This document shows positions 24,180-37,357 of a stretch of 64,000 bases of DNA, in pieces (position 1 is the first letter of the stretch; every line of letters begins with the position of its first letter). The DNA lies in contig MU058478.1 of NCBI GenBank assembly GCA_013265495.1, forward strand, positions 125,816-189,815. The letters are read 5' to 3'. Origin of the DNA: Vicugna vicugna (lineage: Eukaryota). Position numbers and translations under genes: made by a program. The notes under the pieces are model-generated. The model was not told where the DNA came from, did not search any database, and was given only the letters and a program-made list of their open reading frames with translations.

Positions 24180-26110
24180 TAAAGGGCTCGCAGATTAGAA
24201 AGAAACAGGGAAAACTCATCATCTTCACAGGTGACATGAGGATGTAGAAAATCTCGAGAAATATACAAAAATACCTCCTAGAACTAATAAATGGATTTAT
24301 CAAGTTGCAGGCTGCAAGATCAACCCCCAAAAATTAACTTTACATCTTTATATATTACCAATAAGAGCTGAAAACTAAATTAAAATAATCTGACTATAAT
24401 TTCCAACAGTTTCAAAAAAGACATTCTTAGGCAGAAATCCATCAAAATATAAATGAACTCTGCAAGCTAAAAAAATATATAAAATTGCTCATAAAAGCCA
24501 GAGGACTCAGATAAATTGCAAAGCATATTAGTTTTTTGGGTTGGATTACTCACTATAATACAGGTGTCAAATAACCCCACGTTGTACTATAGATATATAG
24601 TAATTCTAAACAAAACCCCAGGATGAAGTTTTATAGTCACAGATAAACTGATTTTAAAATTTATGTGAAAAACAAAGGGCCTTGTACACCCAAAACAATT
24701 CTGAAAAAGAAGGATTTTAGAAGACGCTCTTCATTATTGCTCTAGATTATTGTAACTGTGTAGTTACAATAATCAAGACAGTGTGGGATTGAAGGACAAA
24801 GGCACAGTGATTGAGGGGGTGGAATAGTATTGAGACCCAAGAGAAACGATCCGTTGATTTGTGACGACACAGAGAATCTAACAGAGAAAAGTGTTCTCTT
24901 CAACAAATGATGTTGAAACACTTGGACAGCCATCCGCACATAAATAAGTACTTGAACCTAAATCTCACAAATTGTACAAAAATGAACTCAAAATGGATCA
25001 TGCCTTTAAATGTAAAATTTAAAAAAAATCAAACTTTTACAAGAAAACAAGACTATTTTCCTGCCTGGGGGAAAGATTATGAGACATGGCCTCAGAAGCA
25101 AAGGGCATTAGAAACAATAATAGGAGATAAATTTTATCGGAGCTAAAATGGCTGGTTCTTGAGAAACTGAAAAGACCAGCTATACATGAGGAGAAAACAT
25201 TTTGAAATTACACACCTGACATTTCTTATGTCTAGAATAAATACACTTTAAAAAATCTCGAAACTCAGCAGTGAGTAAACTATAATATACTTTTTTTTAA
25301 TATATTTTTTTTAATTGAAGTACTGTCAGTTACTATGTGTCCATTTCTGGTGCACAGCACACTGTCCCCGTCATGCACATACATACATATTTCATTTTAA
25401 TATTCTTTTTCATTAAAGGTTATTACAAGACATTGACTATAGTTCCTGTGCCATACAGAAGAAACTTTTTTTTTTAATCTATTTTTATATATAATGGCTG
25501 TATATTTTTTCAATGAGCTAAAGTGTTGAATAGATTCTTGGCCAAAGAAGATATACAGATGAAAATTAGCACATGAAAAAGATGTTCACCAGCATCACCA
25601 ATAAGCCAAATTCAAGACCACAATAAGGTATCACTACACATCCCTTAGAATGGCAAATATATATATTTTTAATATATTTTATATTTTCAGTATACATACA
25701 TATATATAAATATATGTATTTAACAAATGTCCTTCAATAGGTGAAGAGGTGAGGAAATGTAATCAGTCCACACAATGGAATAGTATACAGCAACAAAAAA
25801 GGAATAAACGATTGAGGTGTTAAGTGACTGAAATGTATTCCAAAGGCATTATCTTAAGTGACAAGCTTGTAGGCAAAAATGAATACATAACTACGTAATT
25901 ACACAGAGAACAAATTCATGAGCTTCAGGGGTTGGGGCCGATTTTGACTGCAGGAGCATCCACGGGGGATGCAATCATCCATCGTGATGGATCTGTTCTG
26001 CCTTCTGCTTGTGATGTCAGTTATGTGAGTCTGTGCGTATTTTATCATTCATTTACCCGTACACAAATAAAGTCCATTTCACTGTGTGTTAATGAAAAAA
26101 TTCAATTTTA
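24180..26110 (+). mobile_element. Old L1 (L1M) ORF2 plus 3' UTR, decayed
   Basis: ORF2 remnants: CTCCTAGAACTAATAAATGGATTTATCAAGTTGCAGG (LLELIN) and AAAATGAACTCAAAATGGATC (K.NSKWI). Many stop codons. Confidence 0.85.
25291..25500 (-). mobile_element. Short young L1 3' end nested in the older L1
   Basis: Same 3' UTR as 13977 and 47845. Flanked by TATACTTTTT/TATATTTTTT. Confidence 0.85.
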
Positions 26111-27589
26111 AAACTTGTCTTAACAAAACAATCCCTTTTCCACTCTCATGTGAAGACTTCTGGACAACAACTTCTATTGCCTTTGAATGTGGTTTGTCAG
26201 TAAACGGCTACTTAACATGTTGATGCTTGTGGGGGAAAAAAAATACCATAAACATTTTATATAAAATGATACAGGAGACCATAATACCGACAGTCCCTGA
26301 ACAGAGGTCACTGATTTTTGAATGAACGGTGTTTGAAATAACGAGATTTTCTCAGCTTAATGAAACACTTTCCGCAGGCTGGAATTGTGTTTCTCTCTAT
26401 ATATATTTTTCTAATGCCCTAATAGCAACATTGAATTCTAACTCGGGCACACGGCTTCTCATCTTTAGATCAAATAACTCTGCTAATTGGTGAGGCTCAC
26501 CCCTCGACCATCTGCCGCACCTGTAATCCTGGCGGCTGCAGGACAAGGCTGCACAGTTGTCCTTCTTGTTAACTGTTATTCAGGCACAGAGCACCCCAGG
26601 GATGATGATGAGAGTCCCGCCCATGGAGAATCCTCAGAATCGCAAGCTGTGAGAGCACCTGCCTCCTTCCCTGCCCAACACTCTCTCCTAAACAATCAAA
26701 GCAAAACAAATCCTTTCTCTGACATGAATTGTTGCAAAACAGTCTATTTTATTTATTTATTTTTATTATCCTTTGCCTCTGCCTGGGACTTGCTTCCAGA
26801 AAAGATCAGGGAAAGTTGTGATGGGTGACAAGACGTATCACAGCACCTTCCCTTTGAGGCTCGTAGGGCCAGAATCTTTGAGGAAGAAAATTGATCAAGG
26901 AATGAGAATTTCAAGGAGAGGCATGTCAAGAGGAGTGTTTAGTGGCAATTAAGTTTGTGTTGAGTCAAAACTTGCAGCACTCGTGACACTGTCACTATGT
27001 CTGTGGTCTGCCATCCACAGCAACATTCCTATGACATTAATGATATTTAGGAGGATGACATTAAAATTAAACCGCATCATGACATGTGACATCAGGGTTT
27101 GTCTTCCTTGTGGAAACCATCACCTAGACAGTGTTTACTGACACAAAGCATGTGCTATTCAGCATAAATGATATAGTTCCAATTTTAGGGAAAGTTCCAG
27201 GAAAAAATAAATTTAAAGCTACCCTCAGTTTTTTTTTTTTTTAATTTCCAAATATCCCCTGGGCAGCCTTTCTATTTGGCTTTCTGGAATCTGTCTCTCT
27301 TTTTATTTATTTATTTATTTTTTGCTTTCTGCCACATATTATCATTTTTTTTTTCACTTTTCCCATCCTGCTGGTCTCTTTATTAGCATCTGTCTTCTCT
27401 TGTTTCTGCTAAATCTGTGGTTCTCAATTGGGGTACCCCACCTCCGAGGGGAATTTGAAAACTGGATCCTTGTCTCCTCCGGGGGGTGATCTCAGACTTC
27501 TGTGAATTCAAACCTTATTTAGATGGACCACTGATCTAATTAGCCAATGAGTTCCTGTGACTCAAGTCCTCAGTGTGAAATAGAAATAT

Positions 27590-28260
27590 TGAAAACTCAG
27601 CTCGCCCTCTCCGGGAAATGGAACACAAGTCTCTACCATTTAAGTGTGGGCTGTGCCAAGTGACTTTCTTCCAAAGAGGGTGATAAGGGAGACAGTAAGG
27701 GAAAAGTAACTTGCAGTGGAGGAACCTAAAAGACAGTCCCTCAGCCACACGGCCAAGGTGAGTGTCGGCTGCGGTTGAGTCATGCTGATGGTCTGTACCC
27801 TTGGCATGTGGTAGGAATGACATCTCATCCATGTAGTGTTCCTTCTAAAGTCCTTAATCCCAGCGGACTCATGAGAAAAGGAGTAAGGCAAACCTCACTG
27901 GAGGGACATTTTACAAAACCCTGATATGTATTCCTTAAAAGTCAAGGCCATTTGAATCTTGAATCTCAAAGAGCCTCATGAGACATAGGGACAAAATGCA
28001 ATGTGGTATCCTGGGATGCAATTCAGGAACAGAAAAAAAAAACATTTGGGTCAAAACTAAGGACCTGAGAACAAAGTATGGGCTTAATTAATTAATAGTG
28101 GATCAATGTTGGCCATTACTTGTGACAAACGAACTATATTGAGTTTTTAACAACGGGAGAAATTGAGTGCTGGATTATAAACACAACAGCTCTCTGGCCT
28201 ATCTTTGCAAATTGTATGAAAATCTAAAATCAGTTGACAATTAAAAGTGTATTTAAAAAT
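27590..28260 (+). mobile_element. L1MC/MD-like 3' end
   Basis: TTAAGTGTGGGCTG...GTGACTTTCTTCCAAAGAG and AAATGCAATGTGGTATCCTGGG...GGAACAGAAAA. Confidence 0.75.
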
Positions 28261-30979
28261 GTCTTACCCTTTCTCCATTTTGGGTCCCTCTGCTCTGTTC
28301 CTCTGTATCTGTTAGCAGTTAAACCTCCACCCAGTGAATGGACAACTTTGGGGGGGTAAACCACAAAGTGCATTTCACCACTGTCCCTCCGTTCCATTGT
28401 CTGAAATTCTTGCCAAATCTCTAAGCACAGTTATTGGTTTACATGCAAATGTCATCCTCTAAATTAATTGTCATTTCTGTGAGTAAGAAAATACTTTCTT
28501 TCCTGGCCAAGCAAAGTCTTCCTACCCGTTGCTTTAATCGTTAATCACGGCGGAGTCATCTCGTTAAAATTGACATATATCACTTCTCCCCTTTGGGACA
28601 ACACTGAGGACCTGAGTCACAGGAACTCGTTGGCTAAGCAGATCAGTGGCCTGCAAATCTGTGGTGGCCCCAGCAAAGAGATGTGATGTGCTCCAAAGTT
28701 CCCTGATATTTGTGGTGCCAAGAAACTAGTTGTTTTGATTCTTTGATTTCAGAGTCCAGCGACAAATTACCTATTCAGTCTTTGGTGTATTTTTGCACAT
28801 AACATGTTTGCATTGTACTGGTTCTGGAGTTTCTGTTAATATGAATGACCCAAAGCTGGTGCACTGAAAATAGCCCCACTGGAGACAGATCTGCTGCCCA
28901 GAAAGAAAAGGGAAAAATAAAAGAGACTTGGTTTCCTTTAAAGTAGAAAGCCAGGTGTATTACCCCAATTGAATTGCATCCTTTTGTTTTCCTTCCAAGG
29001 ATGCGCTTGTGGAGATCCTGCTGGTTTTCAATAATTCTAGCACACAGAGCTTCCTCAAATCTTCCAGAGAGCACAGGCAAGTTCTAAAGGCAGGTGGAGC
29101 AATAGTCATGATTCTGCGTCCGTGAACAGCTTCTCCTCTGTGCTACGCACACCTCACCAAAATCTCATTTGGAAGTTAACGGGGAGTCCATGCTGAGTTT
29201 CTGGCATTAGGTGAACCTTCTATCACAAATAGCCCCCTTCTTTTTAAGAATCCCATCTGCTACCGAAAGGGAGATTGGAAAATCTTGAAGGTAAGGGACT
29301 GGATATTGACAAAAAGAATATGAATCCTGCTGCTGTAAGAAAATTGCTATGATTTCTTCCTTTATCCAGATGCTCCAGGGGAGAGAGCGTCCTGTTGGCT
29401 TATCCTTTATATAATCAAAGGTAGATGTTAGTCACGAAGAAACTCAGCCTCTCAATCTCTGAAGAAACTCAGAAAAAGTATACTGCGGGGGAAGGCATGA
29501 GTATAAACTTGCCCATCCAACACAGGAATGCAGACGGATGGTGGAACAGAAGAGTGTTTTATGGCATCAGATTCGAGGCTCATGTGCATATGCTTAAACA
29601 TCGCTTCCCTCTCCCAACCTGCTACACCAAGTGATGGTTTGATTTAAAATCACATAAGGACTTTTTAATCCATGTGTCTTGCAAAATATCTCTCAACTTG
29701 TTCCAAAAATATCAACTCTTTTTTCCCTTCTGTCTCTCTTTCTCTCTCTTCTCTTTTTCCTTCATTTCTCTCTTCTTTCTCTAATAGCTATCTCATCCGT
29801 GTGGTCCAAAGACATCTCCCATAATCTGATTTACAATGTTGATAATACTTTTCTTTTCATCTTCGACCAGGAATCAGGTTGACTGTGTTAAAAGCGCAGG
29901 GGTCATAACCTCCGAAGCAATCAATGGGCTACTGCAGAGGACAACTTTGAATGTGGTCACGGAAGTCTCTGGCAAGAGGATGGAGCCACAGAAATGGGGA
30001 TCCAGGTCCATGAGCCTCCCAGAGCCTCGGAGTGTGAGGAGGGAGATTATGATTTCAGAGGCAATGGCCAAGGCAGAAGATGGCCAAGAGAAGGCGTCTT
30101 AAATAGATTTTTTTTCCTCTACAGTGTAGGACAGTAAGAAACAAATGGGGGAGAAATGAAAATAAAAATTCGGCAGACATTGGCAAATAGGAGACCTTCC
30201 TCCCTGTACCCCGCCAACGTATCACTAATGCTTTAAACTGCTGAAAAATAACCAAGACAACAACAGAATGTTGGTTTCATTCTTGGAAAACAAAACATCC
30301 AAAGCAAAAGAAGCACAAGATGTTACAGTTGCAGATGTGGAAGTAACGTCAACGACTCTCAAGTCAGCTACATGTGTTAAAAGGAAACGTTACTTCACCA
30401 CAAACAGAGTAACTGCTCAGTTTCAGGGCCATGGTTCCTCTCCAGCTCTGATAATATCTCCCTAGGTGTATTTTTGAAGGGTTTCCACGTTCCTTTTCAG
30501 GAAGCCGGCCTTCCAGGATACAGAGGATAATTCCAAATAGAAAAGCGAATACCTGGTATTCCTCAAAAGAGATTTGGAATTGATTTTGCATCTTGTAGTC
30601 CAGGGGAAGGTAAGTCTACTGAAAATGTCTTACCTAGAATTGTATCTGTCCATCCAGTGTAAAGAAAAGTTTTATCAATCTATGTAAATGTGCTTCATTG
30701 GGCGACTTTGAAACCAACATTTTGGTCAGAAAATCTTTCAAACTGGGAAAAAAAAATCATATTTGTGGATCTGCTAGTAAACATGCATGCCTGAAAATGC
30801 AGAACAAAATACTTTTCAATGGAACAAGGATTGAATCTAATGCTTCCAAGAATTACTAAAACAGGGCATTTTAGAGTCTACATCTGAACAAAGTAAAAGT
30901 CAAACTAAAAGGAAGACAAAGAGGAGAGAAAAGCTAACGGAAAGAGGAAATTGAAGTCTATATCAAGGCATGAATGGAG

Positions 30980-31358
30980 CAAATGTGCAAATCAAAACCA
31001 AAACACAATTCCCCCCCAAAAGTGGAGTGGACGTGTCACTGCAAGCAGTGCTTACAATTTCAATTTGACAGTGAAGGTTCATCTCACTCATTTTAAGGTA
31101 AAGTAAAGGGAGCAAGAATTCTAAAAGAGAAGAAAGCAACGGAGCCTGAAATGAGCACCTGTGAATACAAATGTGCAAATCAAAAACAAAACACAATTCC
31201 CCCCCCCCCCAAAATGGATTGGACGTGTCACTGCAAGCGGTGCTTACAATTTCAGTTTGACAGTGAGGGTTCATCTCACTCATTTTAAGGTAAAGTAAAA
31301 GGAGCAAGAATTCTAAAAGAGAAGAAAGCAACGGAGCCTGAAATGAGCACCTGTGAAT
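30980..31358. repeat. Tandem duplication, 187/191 bp (30980-31166 and 31168-31358)
   Basis: About 6 substitutions, a 1-bp indel and C-run length 7 vs 12. The last ~58 bp are identical. A single extra A sits at 31167. Confidence 0.95.
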
Positions 31359-31651
31359 CGAACACCTGAGTAGTCAGCAAGGTGATTCCGGTGGTTTCCA
31401 TTTGCCTCCTAAAAACACTTGCGTTGACTCCATTCAGACTCACCCGCAAATCAGATCACCAGCCACCAGGCCTTGAGCTCAACCAGCACTGAAATATACT
31501 CATGAGAAGAGAGGGAAGATTCAAAGTCAAAAAATCTCCTCCAGCACAGCATCCGTCACCTCACTTAGCCTGATGGCTACCACCAGTATCGCCTTATCTC
31601 CTGTCGTGAGAATCAGAATAAAACAGAACACTGTTTTGTTTTTTTTCCCCC

Positions 31652-31738
31652 AGGAAGGAAGGAAGAAAGGAAAGAAGGAAGACAGGGAGGAAGGATGGAA
31701 GGAAGAAAAGGAAAGAAAAGAAAGAAAGAGAGAGAAAG
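31652..31738. repeat. GA-rich simple repeat ((GGAA)n/(GAAA)n)
   Basis: Directly visible in the sequence. Confidence 0.85.
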
Positions 31739-32427
31739 CCCAGTGATGTTTGTCTAAGTAGAGGCGCCCAGACAGCATTAACTATAAGGAAGATCCACTA
31801 GTATTAGAACAAAGAAAAGATTCATCTACAGATTTCTGTCCCTTGAATTCCATTGTCAAGCAGGAAAAAAAAAAAGTAAGCACAATGACAATTTCGTTGG
31901 GTGCCATCGAACTACGTCCTACGTACCCCCATTTCTCAGAGAGGTTCTGCAGGAGGTCACACCACTGACACAGAGTAGCCTCTTGACAGGATTCTTCAAA
32001 TCATAAACATTTCTTCCAAACTCTACTTGATATGCATTTTTGAACCCTTTCATAAATCCAGGCTTATTTTTCTTTTGAATGTAAGTGACAGTTTCAATCC
32101 TTGTCCTCGTTTAGATTTCTTATAAGGTCTCAGACCTTATAATGTCTCTTATAATTCTCTTGAGATGTATCTCATATATTGTTGTTTTGGAAAGCAACAA
32201 TTATTAAAATGAAGATGTTTCAATTATAAGCGTTCGCCATCCTCTGTTTGCCTTCTATGGGGAGGGGGGTAGAGAGTGAATGGCTTTTAGGTTGATGATT
32301 GTTTGACGCTCTTTACCACAATATTTGAGTAAAGTAGTTCCTTGAGACTCACAGTACAACGTTGACTTAGTTGTCTGCAGACCCCTCATAGCACTTGCTC
32401 CATTTATCATACAAAACATTTATGAGA

Positions 32428-32695
32428 TGGTATGAGCCCACTTAGGCTGCGATAACAAGATATCACAGACTGGGAGCTTGAAATAACAGAAATATAATTT
32501 TCACAGTTCTGGAGGCTGGACGCCCCGGACGGATGCTGTGGCTGATCTGGTTTCCGATGGGGGCCCCTTTCCTGGCTGGCAGACAGCCGCCTCCTTGCTC
32601 CCTGCTCACTGGCCTTTCCTTGCTGTGTGTGCTCATGGCTTGAGGTCTGGGAACTCTCCAATGTCTCTCCTTTTAAGGGCACTAATTCCATTGGA
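32428..32695 (-). mobile_element. MLT1A/B-like MaLR LTR
   Basis: GCTGCGATAACAAGATATCACAGACTGGGAGCTT...TCACAGTTCTGGAGGCTGG...AAGGGCACTAATTCCATT. Confidence 0.8.
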
Positions 32696-34679
32696 TTATT
32701 ATATTAAAAATACTTTTAAAAAAATCTTAAGCTTTTGCGTGAAGCCTCGCTACATGAGTGCTTCTATGAATGGCTTTTGTTCAACTTCGTGGTTGAAAGA
32801 GATTTTCTCCTGTACCCTCAGCAATCTTTCTCCACACACTTTTTTTCTCTTTAGCAGTGACTGCCATTTGCCTTATGAAAACGATAAATATTTCTGCCAT
32901 CTTTGGTTTACGCACACAAACAGCCATCCTTGGTGTGGAATGACTCGTTCTTTTGCCAGCCTACTACTAGAATGGATTTTTAACATTTATTATCAAAGCA
33001 TTGCGTGTGATCCCTTTTTCAAGATAAGCCAGGGGGATTGTAATGGAAAGCTTCTGGACCAAGACGTTTATAAATGGAACGCATCCTCCCTGCTGAGATA
33101 GAATCTCAATCTGAGCCTTATCAGGGGAGGCAGATAAATGTGCAAATAAAACCAGTTATCTGTTCACGCCCAATTTCCTTTTCTCGTTTGTCACAAAAGG
33201 CAAGGCTGCCGTTGTGCAATGGCCTTCAGCTGCAAGTGTCAGAAAATCCAGTCATAGGCAAGGTAACCACAAGGGTTACTGAAACCATATACCCAAAATC
33301 CCAAAGTGGGGAGGTCCAGGGCTGAGTTGCTCAGGAGCCATCCGCCTGCTCCAGCATCCTAATTTGGGGGTGTCTTCTTCAGGGACACAGAGAGACATGG
33401 CAGTTCCTGCCATCAAAAAAAAAAAAAGTACCTGGAAACAAAAAAGAGGCAAGCCTTGAATTAAGGAAGAAAAATCATTCCTGCAAACCTTTGACAGCCC
33501 GTGGACCAGGGCAGGTTCACCTGCAGGACCAAGGATCCCTGCAAAGGCATGGTCTCCATCAGTCCTGCGCATCTCCATGTGCATTTCTCATAAGATGACG
33601 GTGACAGTGTCAGAGCAGCGGAGCGTGTCATTTTGTTGACAACGAATCCCGTCTGTGACATCAAAGAAACTTTAAATTTACTGTGTGAAAGGGCGTTGAT
33701 GCTGCTATGTTCTGGAATGTTTGACTCCCAGGCTCCTGTTTCTGTCCACTCTGGGATGCAGAACTCTGACTTGCTCACTTAATGAAAGGGCACACATCAC
33801 AGGACCCAGAGGGACAAATCAGAATGGGGAGGGGAGAGCCAGAGAAAGAAAAATCTAAACAAATTCTCAAAAATTCGTATATCGAGCTGCGAATACACGG
33901 CTGACCCTGACTCCTGAGTGCCCGACACGGACACAGAGGCCCGTCACCCACCTCCTGCTGAGTGACTTCCCCGGCCCACCCTCCAGTTCCTGGAGAGCCA
34001 GGTCCCCAGTCTCGCAGAGGAAGCCCAGGATTCAAGCAGAAGCACCTAACATTTCTGACATCAGCGGTTCCCTGAAGATGCTGCAGGATCTCCCGGGGTC
34101 TCTGGGCTGCGGCCAGCCCGGGGTGGGTCATTCCTCAGTCTGTTTCTCTCTGGCAAGTACATCACTGGGGTTCAGGAGGGGACCAGGCATGTTGGAGCTG
34201 TGTCCACCAGTTAGCAATGCCTGTGGCCAACACCCTGAGACAATGTCCACTTGCTTTCACCCTTGGCATTAAAGTCACCAGGTTACAGCTGGAGGATGTC
34301 CCATTACAGTCTCCCTTGTCCAGGGCATCGGGTTAGTGGGAAACCACTGCCCGCCCTTGACCCACCTTCCCCTCTGAAAGGACATCATCTGGAGAAGCCC
34401 TCACATCCATCATCTTTCTGCAAACCAGCCAGGGGAAGCCTGTCCTGGCTTGCTTTGCACTCAGTTCACTGGAACAAACTGCACCCATCCCTTCCTGTTT
34501 ATTTATTGAGGATGAGATGGGAGTGGAGGTAAAATGAATGCATGGGATCAAACTCCTGATTCTGGGGGAGAATAAGGCCGTTTGCTTGCAAATCTGTAGC
34601 CGTGCTATTCAGCGATGCAGTTGGTTTTTGTTATTCATGATAATTATAATTTATAATGATAAATGTAATGGTAAATTGA

Positions 34680-35278
34680 AGACACCGCAAACACTGAATT
34701 AGCAGACACTGGCCATTGCTCCTAGTGGAAATACAGGGTTAGGAGCCTGCGAGCTTCCAGGCACAATCTTTCCATCAACCGATCACCGTGTCACCCTATT
34801 TTATGGGGTTACTGTGGAAGGACACCTTATTTGATAGGCATGGTTGATTTCATTGACATTAAGTTCACTGGCGACCACAACTCACACCTAAACAAAGCTG
34901 CTCTAACACGTGTAGTCTCTCCCTAAAGTCCATCACAACCTTGTCATGCTTCGGAATCCTGAACAGCACCCAACGCTGTACTTGGGGGCTGTTTAAACGG
35001 CAATGTCACCAATAAAAAAGCACACAATGTGAAAAGTGTGTCTCTACCTAGACCACAAAAAGGATGCTTTCATGCAAGCTGAGACGTGAGTTCAAGAAGG
35101 CAGAAAGCTCAGGCTCCGATGGGAACGTGCGTGCTTGACAACTCAAACCATCACTGCTCTGTGCGTGTGCGCAGATCACCGGGGAAATGTCACCAGTATT
35201 AATTCTGAAGTTGCAAAGGACTTTGGGCCAGTGGGTGAATCTGCAAACGCAAAATGTCAGCTGTGAGGATCGACGGCA
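34680..35278 (-). mobile_element. MER82-like TcMar-Tigger non-autonomous DNA transposon
   Basis: Follows the recalled MER82 consensus over ~600 bp: CATTGCTCCTAGTGGAAATACAGGGTTAGG, TGGGAACGTGCGT, and the TIR-like TGAGGATCGACGG end. Confidence 0.85.
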
Positions 35279-35870
35279 TGTCAGTAAATCTGTTCGCTAC
35301 GCACCTTCCTCCCTTAATATCAGAATCAGGACAGGGAAGAAAAGAGGAGTTTGGGGGGGGGGCCTTGCCTTGATTTACCTTGAAAGCTTAAATGTTTGCA
35401 GAAAATCTGAACAAATAGAACAGAGAATACAACTACTTTGACTTGCCAAATGGTAAATTCTGACCTCACTGCTGAGTCTAGCTCTCTCAGCTAATCTCTG
35501 TATCACAGAATCTCATCCCCCAAGAACTCAGCATGCTTCCTTTAAGGGAACGTATATGCTTCTACAAAACACAGTGCCATGACTGGGTCTGCAGAGCGGG
35601 AGGTCACCTGACCCTGGGGGGTCGGATGCCCTGCAGAGCGGGAGCTCACTTCAGCACGTGGCTAAATGCACGTGTTTGTCCCAGGAGCTGGATGCACTGG
35701 GACAGGAGCCCGGTCACCGGTGGCTTAAAACTCTTTGTGCGACCCATGATAATCAGCAACATGTAGGAAAGGGAACAGTGGAAAATGAAGTTCAGCTCAC
35801 CAGCACACTCATCATGGGTTGAGATGTACTGTGATCAATGAATGTGACAATTAAGCATAAGGGGGTAAAT

Positions 35871-35960
35871 GGGGGGAGGGTGTAGCTCAGTGGTAGAGCA
35901 TGTGTCTAGCATGCATGAGGTCCTGGGGTCAATCCCCAGGACTCCCATTTAAAAAAAAAA
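35871..35960 (+). mobile_element. tRNA-Ala-derived SINE (camelid vic-1-like), short form
   Basis: GGGTGTAGCTCAGTGGTAGAGC...GAGGTCCTGGGGTCAATCCCC followed by poly(A); resembles tRNA-Ala(AGC). Confidence 0.85.
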
Positions 35961-37357
35961 TTGAATTTCATCAAAATAAAAACTGAAAAAAAGTAAGCTG
36001 GATGAAAGATGTTAGCTAATACTTTCAGGAAGAAGGAACAAGTATTAAACATTTTCCAAAAGGATGAAAGGATGGACATTTCATTCCATCATGCCTAGAC
36101 TTGTAAACTAAACTTCTCTCTCTTAAAAGTTTAAGTGGTTAAAAAAGAAAAAGTTTAAGACGTAAGTAAAGAACTCTGTTGGTTCAAGGTCTTTTACCCT
36201 ATTAAAGAAAAAAAGCATAAAAACATTATTTTCTAATATTTCTGTTCTATCAGCCAAAATTTGCCTCCACTGTATTTTCTTGAAAGGTTGCTCATCTGTT
36301 TTTAATTACAAAATCGAATCCATTTCCTTCACTTCCTGAAATCTTGACTGTCTTTATAGTTAGTGAAGACAAACAAAGTTCAGGAAACTATCATGCAGAC
36401 AAAAAAAGCATGGAATGCAATGATAACAAGTTACATTTGTTGCAAAAATGATCGTTCATATTCAACTTCTGGGGGAAAAAAATGGGTCAAATGTTTTCAG
36501 ACAAAGAGTGAAAAGTTACATCAAAGATGCTCCCCTAACCATCATAGAATCTGAGATCATGTTTTCTGTTACTCCTGAGGGTCACTTCCATTTTGTTTGT
36601 ATTGATTTTCTTCTTTTTTTTAATTGCTTTTATCACTGTTTTGAGTTCTTCACTAATTAATTCATTTATTTGCTCATTCTTGCACTAAACAATGATTGCC
36701 ATAAGCAATGCTTGCCAGCTCGATAGATGTCAAATTCTGAGTTGTACTAATAAATAATAATTATTAATAATACATTAACAATAAATAAATGCCATTAATT
36801 AATATTATTAGTAAATAAAAATAATAACATTATTAACATCAAATATGTTGACATGATCATGCGATCTCAATTAAAATTTATATTAACAAAATAAATTAGT
36901 TACCATATTCAGTTTACTTGGAGAGTTTCACTTGGATCATAAATTACGGAGTAAGGATTTAAACATAAGTCTGTTCAGTTCCAAAGGACTCTGTAATAAT
37001 TAGCTCATAGTTGAATGGAAAGAAAAGTGGCCTGCAAATAAAGAATTTTGTCTCTTAAATTCTCAGTAGATTTGTTACAAACTACAAGGAGAGAGTGGTC
37101 GAGTGACTTTATACTGGTGGGAGGAATTTTAGCTTAGTCTTAAAGCTATTTAAGTCTTAAAATTATTTATTAAGAGAGCAAAGTGATAAAGACCTTTCCA
37201 GAAGAAAAAGAGTAGTTTAAACACAAAGTTATGGGTTAAAAAAAAACCTTAATTTGAAGATCTGGGAGCAATTTAGCAAGAAGAGAAACTCTGTTAATAC
37301 GAAGATATGGTAGTAGGTTAGGACAGGGATGTCAAAAATGGGTTTTTCTCCAAAATC

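Noticed and set aside
32538..33101. Longest ORF in the window (187 aa)
   Set aside because: It starts at a non-ATG codon inside an MLT1 LTR and runs into unrelated sequence with no recognisable domain.
33880..34130. CpG island or promoter
   Set aside because: Only a modest, short rise in GC and CpG content, not island-like.
35871..35950. Functional tRNA-Ala gene
   Set aside because: The B box and stems are mutated, it is followed by poly(A), and related degenerate copies in the window have TSDs and tails. It is a SINE or retrocopy.
36745..36900. Extremely AT-rich tract as a special element
   Set aside because: Low-complexity sequence with no defined periodicity or termini.
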